From positions 1-64,000 of IMG/VR virus record IMGVR_UViG_3300047335_000017: a DNA stretch of 64,000 nt. One strand, 5' to 3'. The DNA is from a virus. Position 1 is the stretch's first letter. Every line of letters begins with the position of its first letter. Shown here in pieces: positions 35,458 to 41,313 of the stretch. The position numbers and the translations under genes are program-made. Under the pieces are notes generated by a model. That model had not been told where the DNA came from. It searched no databases and saw nothing but the letters and a program-made list of their open reading frames with translations.

Positions 35458-36027
35458 ATGTTAGACGAAAGCAAGGAAGCCAAGAGCAAGCGCCTCAAGG
35501 CGGAACGCGACGCGCGCTACAAAGCCAAGAAAAAAAGCTCCCAGGCTTCGATCGGCAAAGCGCTTCGCCGATCGAAGCCTTTCGACGCGCCACTTCCCCC
35601 CATCCACATGCCGCCGCCCATCCCTGGCTTCGGCAACATCACGAAGGGGCTGCCTCCCAGGACGCCCGAGGACGAAGTGACCTACTCCGACATCCCCGGC
35701 GTCACGGCCTACGACGTGTACGACGAGGACGAGCCGATCATCGTGCGCCAACCCAAGGTGGCCCCGCCCAGGCTGCCTAAAGCCCCAAAGCAGCCGGCGC
35801 GAAGCGCTCGGCCCAAGCCGGAAGGCATGACCATGGTCATGTCCCGCACCTACCAGCGCGAGGGCAAGGTGGCTGGCGGCACGGCGGTGCGCGGCAACGC
35901 GAAGCAGCTCTCGGTCATGTTCCCGAACAAGCTCTTCGACAAGCTCGCGGCGCTGGCGCGGAAACAGGGCATCTCGTGCGGCGAGCAAGTGAGACAGCTT
36001 GTCGTGAAGCTCTTGGAGGACGCCTGA
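35458..36027 (+). CDS. basic protein with a C-terminal ribbon-helix-helix-like DNA-binding domain
   Basis: 189 aa with a Lys/Arg/Pro-rich N-terminal part. The C-terminal LSVMFPNKLFDKLAALARKQGISCGEQVRQLVVKLLE fits a beta-alpha-alpha (CopG/Arc) pattern. Confidence 0.5.
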   Translation: MLDESKEAKSKRLKAERDARYKAKKKSSQASIGKALRRSKPFDAPLPPIHMPPPIPGFGNITKGLPPRTPEDEVTYSDIPGVTAYDVYDEDEPIIVRQPKVAPPRLPKAPKQPARSARPKPEGMTMVMSRTYQREGKVAGGTAVRGNAKQLSVMFPNKLFDKLAALARKQGISCGEQVRQLVVKLLEDA

Positions 36028-36281
36028 TGCCTGACTCCCCCATGCCGAACCTGAAAACCGAGAGCGAGAACTTCGCATGGACCGTCGTTGCGATGGGTGG
36101 CCTTCAGATGAAAATCGTGCCTGTTCGCGAGGACATGAGGATCAGGTTCTTCGGCGGGAGGCGGGACATCACTACACAGATCGCGTCGTTCGTTCGACGC
36201 GGCTTCATTCAGGTCAATGTTACACATGGTGACAGGCTAGTTGTCGTGAAGCCCGACGAGCCTGGATGGCAGAAGAACTAA
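36027..36281 (+). CDS. small hypothetical protein
   Basis: ATG at 36027 overlaps the upstream stop (ATGA coupling). 84 aa. Confidence 0.5.
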   Translation: MPDSPMPNLKTESENFAWTVVAMGGLQMKIVPVREDMRIRFFGGRRDITTQIASFVRRGFIQVNVTHGDRLVVVKPDEPGWQKN

Positions 36282-36309
36282 AATACGTCAGAGTACATGG
36301 GAGCATAAA

Positions 36310-37446
36310 GTGAAGAGTAAACTGATCCAGAAACTAACTAAGATGGAGACGGCGCGAGCCGTCATGGTCAAGTCACATGCGTTCTATGCATGTCTGGTTC
36401 TCAACACTAAGATGGTTGAAGACCCGACGTGTGATACCGCATGGACGAACTATGTGAGCATCGGCTACAATCCAGACTTCATCGAGGGCCTGGACGTGCC
36501 GACCGTCATCTTCGTGCTAGCGCATGAAGTGATGCATGTAGCACTTAAGCACAACATCCGTCGCGGCACGCGAAACCCGGAGAAATGGAACCGCGCCGCC
36601 GACTATGCGATCAATTGGATGCTGCACGAGCAGGGCTTCAAGATATGGAAGAGCTGTTTGATCGACTCCAAGTTCAAGGACATGAGCGCCGAACAGATAT
36701 ACGATCTGATCCGCGACGAGCCCGGGGACGGCGATGGTGGCGGCATGAGCGGCGATGGTGGCGGCATGAGCGGCGATCTGCGACCACCGCCGCGGATGAC
36801 CGAGGAACAGGCAGCCAAGGTCAACACTCAGGTCAACCGAGCCATCGCGCAAGCAACCATGATGGCCAAGGCTCGCGGACAGATGCCATCCAACATGGAG
36901 ATGCTGATCGAGAACATCTACGACGAACCGATCCCTTGGGATCAGGTGCTCTTGGAATACATGCGCCGAGTCATCAAGTGCGACGAGAACTGGTCACGAC
37001 GCAATCGTAGGTTCTCCAACGTCGTGCTGCCGTCGAGACATTCGCCGGGCATGAACGAGCTTGTCATCGTGGCCGACAGTTCGGGCAGCATGTTCATCAA
37101 GGAAGTCTTCGAGCGCGTGGCAACCGCCGTCGACTACATCGTTCGTGTCGTCAAGCCCTTGGCTGTCCGCGTCGTGTGGGCCGACGATGACGAGTGCTCC
37201 AACCAGGACTTCTTCCTGCCGGGAGAAACGATCGTGCTGCATCCCAAGGGTGGCGGCGGCACGGACATGCGCTTGGCATGTAACTATGTTAGGCAGTATG
37301 ACCCGGAGGTAGTTTTACTCATAACGGATGGATATACGCCTTGGGACACAGAACCATATTCCTACCCACTGATCGTGGCTTGCACGACGGACGCTCCATG
37401 CCCCAACTATGCACAAGTGGTTCGGATCGATGTGAACTCAGGCTGA
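36310..37446 (+). CDS. zincin-like metallopeptidase / VWA-domain protein (partner of the MoxR ATPase)
   Basis: 378 aa with VLAHEVMHVALKH (HExxH) in the N-terminal half and VIVADSSGSM (a DxSxS MIDAS-type motif) in the C-terminal half. Confidence 0.7.
   Translation: MKSKLIQKLTKMETARAVMVKSHAFYACLVLNTKMVEDPTCDTAWTNYVSIGYNPDFIEGLDVPTVIFVLAHEVMHVALKHNIRRGTRNPEKWNRAADYAINWMLHEQGFKIWKSCLIDSKFKDMSAEQIYDLIRDEPGDGDGGGMSGDGGGMSGDLRPPPRMTEEQAAKVNTQVNRAIAQATMMAKARGQMPSNMEMLIENIYDEPIPWDQVLLEYMRRVIKCDENWSRRNRRFSNVVLPSRHSPGMNELVIVADSSGSMFIKEVFERVATAVDYIVRVVKPLAVRVVWADDDECSNQDFFLPGETIVLHPKGGGGTDMRLACNYVRQYDPEVVLLITDGYTPWDTEPYSYPLIVACTTDAPCPNYAQVVRIDVNSG
36730..36777. repeat. 21-bp in-frame tandem repeat
   Basis: GGCGATGGTGGCGGCATGAGC x2 plus a partial third copy, encoding GDGGGMSGDGGGMSGD. 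Confidence 0.85.
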
Positions 37447-37961
37447 AGTTCGGGAGGCTCACTACGATCGAGCGAGTTCGCGTAGGCACGCCACCCAAGA
37501 CTAGGTTCGCTTGGGTGTGCTCATGCGAATGTGGCAAGACGACCGGACCTGTGATGATGAAACATCTCGTGTCTGGTCACACAAGAAGCTGCGGTTGCGT
37601 TCAGCATGAGGCTGTTAAACGCACGGGAGAAGAACAACGTCACGGTCACTCGAAACGATCAGGTAAATCAGGAACCTATCGATCTTGGATGGCTATGTGG
37701 GGGCGGTGTCGTCAACAAGGTAGACGATACTACCATGATAAAGGCATCAAGGTTTGTCCTCGTTGGATGATTTTTGAGAACTTCCTCGCGGATATGGGTG
37801 AACGCCCGCCTGGGCTTACGATAGACCGGCTTGACTGTTCAAAAGATTACGAGCCTGGAAACTGTAGGTGGGCCACATGGACTGAGCAATGCGAGACAAG
37901 AACGAAACGTTTCAACCGTAGAGGAACAATCCATGGCCGGAAAGCACACCGTATCCGTTGA
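37398..37961 (+). CDS. HNH-like homing endonuclease paralog 1 (start uncertain, C-terminally shorter)
   Basis: Homology to the other two paralogs (FGRLTT..C.CECG...SCGC...YRSW..MW.RC...GIKVCPRW..FENFLADMGERPPGLTIDRLD....YEPGNCRWAT) begins exactly at the stop codon of the VWA gene. The only in-frame ATGs (37341, 37398) lie inside that gene. Confidence 0.5.
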   Translation: MPQLCTSGSDRCELRLKFGRLTTIERVRVGTPPKTRFAWVCSCECGKTTGPVMMKHLVSGHTRSCGCVQHEAVKRTGEEQRHGHSKRSGKSGTYRSWMAMWGRCRQQGRRYYHDKGIKVCPRWMIFENFLADMGERPPGLTIDRLDCSKDYEPGNCRWATWTEQCETRTKRFNRRGTIHGRKAHRIR

Positions 37962-38361
37962 TTATCGCGTGCACGGACTTCGCGCAGATAGTGAGGATCG
38001 ATGTAAACGCTGGATGACTAAAAATCACTGGTTCAACATACGTGTTGGGCTTCTTCATGACGGCAGGGATATGATGATGCATCCATGGAGTCGCGGCACC
38101 TGGACGCGCAAATCGCGCAGAGACTTGATGGATGAACCTCAGATTTTTGCATTCGCGTATGACGCGCTTGTCGACATTGTCCGGCATCTCGTTGTAGTCG
38201 ACGTGCTGGGCGATACCGTCGTGCTCGATCTCGACAAAGCGTACATTGCAATGTACGATGGAATAAACTATGCTGTGCCTGCTGTGGTAGAGTATTACAA
38301 CGACCAAGACCATGCGGTGTTTGTGTTAGCCATGCGCCGCGCAAACGGCGAGTTCGAATAG
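37933..38361 (+). CDS. hypothetical protein
   Basis: ATG at 37933 is preceded by GAGGAA. 142 aa. It overlaps the 3' end of the HNH paralog by 29 nt. Confidence 0.5.
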   Translation: MAGKHTVSVDYRVHGLRADSEDRCKRWMTKNHWFNIRVGLLHDGRDMMMHPWSRGTWTRKSRRDLMDEPQIFAFAYDALVDIVRHLVVVDVLGDTVVLDLDKAYIAMYDGINYAVPAVVEYYNDQDHAVFVLAMRRANGEFE

Positions 38362-38367
38362 ATCAGT

Positions 38368-38382
38368 GTTACATCGTGTAAC
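38368..38382. promoter_or_regulatory. GTTAC-N5-GTAAC palindrome, site 10
   Basis: GTTACATCGTGTAAC. It ends 27 nt before the ATG at 38409, with AGGAG in between. Confidence 0.7.
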
Positions 38383-38408
38383 CTGAGTAACAAGTAGGAG
38401 AATGACTT

Positions 38409-38870
38409 ATGCCCTTTGTGAAGGGCCATGATGGCAGCGCGAGCTTCAAGCATGGTGCAGCTTCCCGATCCGGTCTGACGCCGACCTATCGGATATGGCG
38501 CGACATGAAGTCGCGCTGCTCTAATCCAAACCGTAAGGACTATAGGTATTACGGTGGGCGTGGGATTAAGGTTTGCGAGAGATGGTTGGAGTTCTCTAAC
38601 TTCCTCGCCGACATGGGTGAGCGTCCTGAAGGTCTCACTCTTGAACGCAAAGATAATAACCTCGGTTATTCAAAAGAGAATTGCCGATGGGCGACTAGAG
38701 CTGAACAGAACCTCAACTCTAGAAACAATCGAAATATTACCTACGCTGGGAAGACACTCTGCATACGTCAGTGGGCTCTCAACTTAGGTATCCGCGAAGC
38801 AACGATACGAAATAGGTTGGATCGTCTTGGCTGGTCTATTGACCGAACACTAACTCAAGGGAGAGTTTAA
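38409..38870 (+). CDS. HNH-like homing endonuclease paralog 2 (free-standing)
   Basis: 153 aa reading YRIWRDMKSRCSNP..YYGGRGIKVCERWLEFSNFLADMGERPEGLTLERKDNNLGYSKENCRWATRAEQNLN, plus a C-terminal HTH-like tail. Confidence 0.65.
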   Translation: MPFVKGHDGSASFKHGAASRSGLTPTYRIWRDMKSRCSNPNRKDYRYYGGRGIKVCERWLEFSNFLADMGERPEGLTLERKDNNLGYSKENCRWATRAEQNLNSRNNRNITYAGKTLCIRQWALNLGIREATIRNRLDRLGWSIDRTLTQGRV

Positions 38871-38871
38871 C

Positions 38872-39735
38872 ATGGGTATCGCAGAGCGTTGCATGATTAC
38901 CAATTTATCAATTGGCTGTTGGGAGGGGAGGAGACTTGATAAAGCGGCGAGCGCCAAGCTCACGGAGAACGCGGGAGCGGGTAGCGACGTGGCTCGCGTC
39001 AACAAGCTGCTCATTGCGAAGGAGACCTTCAGCGACTTGTTCTCGGCGCGCAACGCGCTGCGTCAACACGTCGTCACGCATACGCTCCCCTGGCGAGACG
39101 ACGGTCAGCGCATCCTCATGCGCAACATGTATCCCATCTTCATGGAGAAGTACGGTGCGCTGGAGCGCGCCTTCATGGAGGCGGTTGGTGACTTCATCAA
39201 CGTGAGATATCCATCGGCGCGGGCGCAGGCCAGCTTCCGCATGGGTGAGCTGTTCAACGTCGAGGACTATCCAGCCCCATCGGAACTGGAGCACAAGTTC
39301 TACGTCAACCTGGAGATCGATGCGATCTGCGAGCCCCAGGACTTCCGGGTGAACTTAGCTCATGAGGAAATGGAGCGCATCAGAAACCAAATGGAGCAGA
39401 CCATCGAGGCCCGCGTGGGCAAAGCCATGCAGGACGTATGGATGCGTCTCGTCGATGTGCTGGAACATTACGTCGCAAAGATGAAGGACCCGGAAGCGAT
39501 CTTCCGGGACACGACGGTGACGAACCTCGTCGACCTGATCAACATCATGCCCGGCCTCAACATCATCGGTGATCCGAACCTGAAGAAGATACGTCAACGT
39601 ATCATGGATACGATCTATGGTTATGAGCCGGGCGATTTGCGAAAGGTTGCGGCGACGAGGCAAGCCGCGGCAGACGAAGCTCAGGAGATAATACAAAGCG
39701 TTAAAGGTTTTATGTCGGCCTTTGCTCAGCGCTGA
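38872..39735 (+). CDS. conserved-looking phage protein, function unknown
   Basis: 287-aa ORF starting 1 nt after the previous stop. It possibly belongs to a DUF3150-like family (recalled from memory, unverified). Confidence 0.55.
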   Translation: MGIAERCMITNLSIGCWEGRRLDKAASAKLTENAGAGSDVARVNKLLIAKETFSDLFSARNALRQHVVTHTLPWRDDGQRILMRNMYPIFMEKYGALERAFMEAVGDFINVRYPSARAQASFRMGELFNVEDYPAPSELEHKFYVNLEIDAICEPQDFRVNLAHEEMERIRNQMEQTIEARVGKAMQDVWMRLVDVLEHYVAKMKDPEAIFRDTTVTNLVDLINIMPGLNIIGDPNLKKIRQRIMDTIYGYEPGDLRKVAATRQAAADEAQEIIQSVKGFMSAFAQR

Positions 39736-39793
39736 CCATTGGTTGTCGACACGACGCCCCCTAGCGTGCTAGGGGGTAGCAAAGGAATGACTA

Positions 39794-40069
39794 ATGCAAT
39801 TCACTCCTCAAGATCGCACTAAACTAGAAGAAATTCTGGCACGATCGAAACGCATCGAGACGCGGCTGACACGCTATCTCGAAGCTCAAGGGATGGACAC
39901 TGGCATCTTACGTCCATTCTGGCAGGACGGCAAGATCATCACCCCGTCGCCCGCGGTTACACTGGAGAACGTAGCCCAGATAGTCCCTCGATCCTGGCCG
40001 ATCGGCCAACCCGTGGATGTGGTCCTGGCGGACACAGGCGAAATTCTCTGTCAGATCACTGTACCCTGA
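39794..40069 (+). CDS. small hypothetical protein
   Basis: 91-aa ORF with AAGGAA upstream. Confidence 0.5.
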   Translation: MQFTPQDRTKLEEILARSKRIETRLTRYLEAQGMDTGILRPFWQDGKIITPSPAVTLENVAQIVPRSWPIGQPVDVVLADTGEILCQITVP

Positions 40070-40082
40070 TCTACTCCATCGT

Positions 40083-40097
40083 GTTACACGATGTAAC
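40083..40097. promoter_or_regulatory. GTTAC-N5-GTAAC palindrome, site 11
   Basis: GTTACACGATGTAAC with arms CGTGTTACA/TGTAACACG (40080-40100), followed by GTTTTTT. It ends 24 nt before the ATG at 40121. Confidence 0.7.
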
Positions 40098-40120
40098 ACG
40101 GTTTTTTATGAGGACCACTG

Positions 40121-40759
40121 ATGACGCAATTATGTGCCCAAACCATACGTGTAATGTGCGAAGCTCCAGGATGGCACGCGCCAAGACACAAAAGCGAGCG
40201 GCTTCCCCTGATTTCTCCCTTCGAGCTCGAGAAGCTCATCATCAACGGCTCCAGCGCAGGCCTCTCGTCGGCCTCCTACGACATCCGCATCGGCTACGAC
40301 CTGACCTTGGGTCCGAACCCCATGGCTGTCTTCGAGCAGATGATGAAGGCTTCCAACACGGGCCTGCAAGCCATCGAGCACGCCCAGGAGCTTATCAAGG
40401 TCAGACCCTCCTACAGGTCGCTGGCGCACTCGCTGGAGACCTTCGCCATCCCCGATGACGTGGTGGCCTACGTCGTCGACAAGTCGACCTACGCGCGCCG
40501 CTTCATGAGCGCCTTCAATACCCTGTTCGACCCTGGGTTCGTCGGCACGGCGACGTTGGAGCTGGTCAACCTCGGCAGCGAGACCATCATCATAGAAGCC
40601 GGCGATCCGATATGCCAAGTTGCATTTCATTTCCTCGATCAACCGACCGATCGACCCTACTCTGGAAAATACAGTCATCAGCCCGCGCGAGCTGTTGGCG
40701 CTAGAAGTGAGCGTGCGGACGGAACTTTCATTGAAGCCGGGGTTTATCCCGAAGCATGA
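40121..40759 (+). CDS. dCTP deaminase / dUTPase-superfamily enzyme
   Basis: 212 aa. SASYDIRIG ... FDPGFVGTATLELVNLGSETIIIEAGDPICQVAF ... YSGKYSHQ matches the Dcd/Dut beta-barrel signature. Confidence 0.65.
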   Translation: MTQLCAQTIRVMCEAPGWHAPRHKSERLPLISPFELEKLIINGSSAGLSSASYDIRIGYDLTLGPNPMAVFEQMMKASNTGLQAIEHAQELIKVRPSYRSLAHSLETFAIPDDVVAYVVDKSTYARRFMSAFNTLFDPGFVGTATLELVNLGSETIIIEAGDPICQVAFHFLDQPTDRPYSGKYSHQPARAVGARSERADGTFIEAGVYPEA

Positions 40760-40986
40760 CTTACCTACGGAGCTACCCCATGCGAACCGCAGTCGCATAC
40801 GCGAGCGAGCTGTATAAGGGCATCTCGTTCCCGAACTTGGTCAACGCAGTGACCACCATCCAAAAGGACGCTATCGCCGAGGGCCATAGGCAAGCCGTCG
40901 AGCCGCTTCGAGAGTTGAGCGAAGAGGTCGATCGCCGTCTGGAACGGCTAAAGCGCGGTGAGCTTTGGGAAGACCCCGAGGCTTGA
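40756..40986 (+). CDS. small hypothetical protein
   Basis: 76-aa ORF whose start overlaps the upstream stop (ATGA). Confidence 0.45.
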   Translation: MTYLRSYPMRTAVAYASELYKGISFPNLVNAVTTIQKDAIAEGHRQAVEPLRELSEEVDRRLERLKRGELWEDPEA

Positions 40987-41011
40987 AGTTTCTACACTAA
41001 GCTGCTACACT
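40983..41011 (+). promoter_or_regulatory. candidate sigma70-type promoter
   Basis: TTGAAG-17 nt-TACACT, about 20 nt upstream of the ATG at 41032. Confidence 0.3.
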
Positions 41012-41031
41012 CAGATTGTGGAGGTAGCAGC

Positions 41032-41301
41032 ATGTTAGAAATCCAAAATGGACCGCCTCCCGCGCGGCCTTTTCACGCGCGGAGATACCCCTTCGAGAAA
41101 TTAGAGATCGGCGAGTGGTTCTTCGTGCCCAACAAGACGGGCAAGAGCCTGTATTCGCACGTCTCGAACGTCGGCAAGAAGTTGGGAAGGGTCTTCTCGA
41201 CTACGCAAGTGTATATGCGTGAAGGCCCAGAAGGCTGGGAGTCATGCACAGAGGACGAGCCCGGCGCTGTAATTGGAGTATGTATTAGACGACTGGAGTA
41301 G
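41032..41301 (+). CDS. small hypothetical protein
   Basis: 89-aa ORF with GGAGG 8 nt upstream. Confidence 0.5.
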   Translation: MLEIQNGPPPARPFHARRYPFEKLEIGEWFFVPNKTGKSLYSHVSNVGKKLGRVFSTTQVYMREGPEGWESCTEDEPGAVIGVCIRRLE

Positions 41302-41313
41302 GGGGCACATCCT

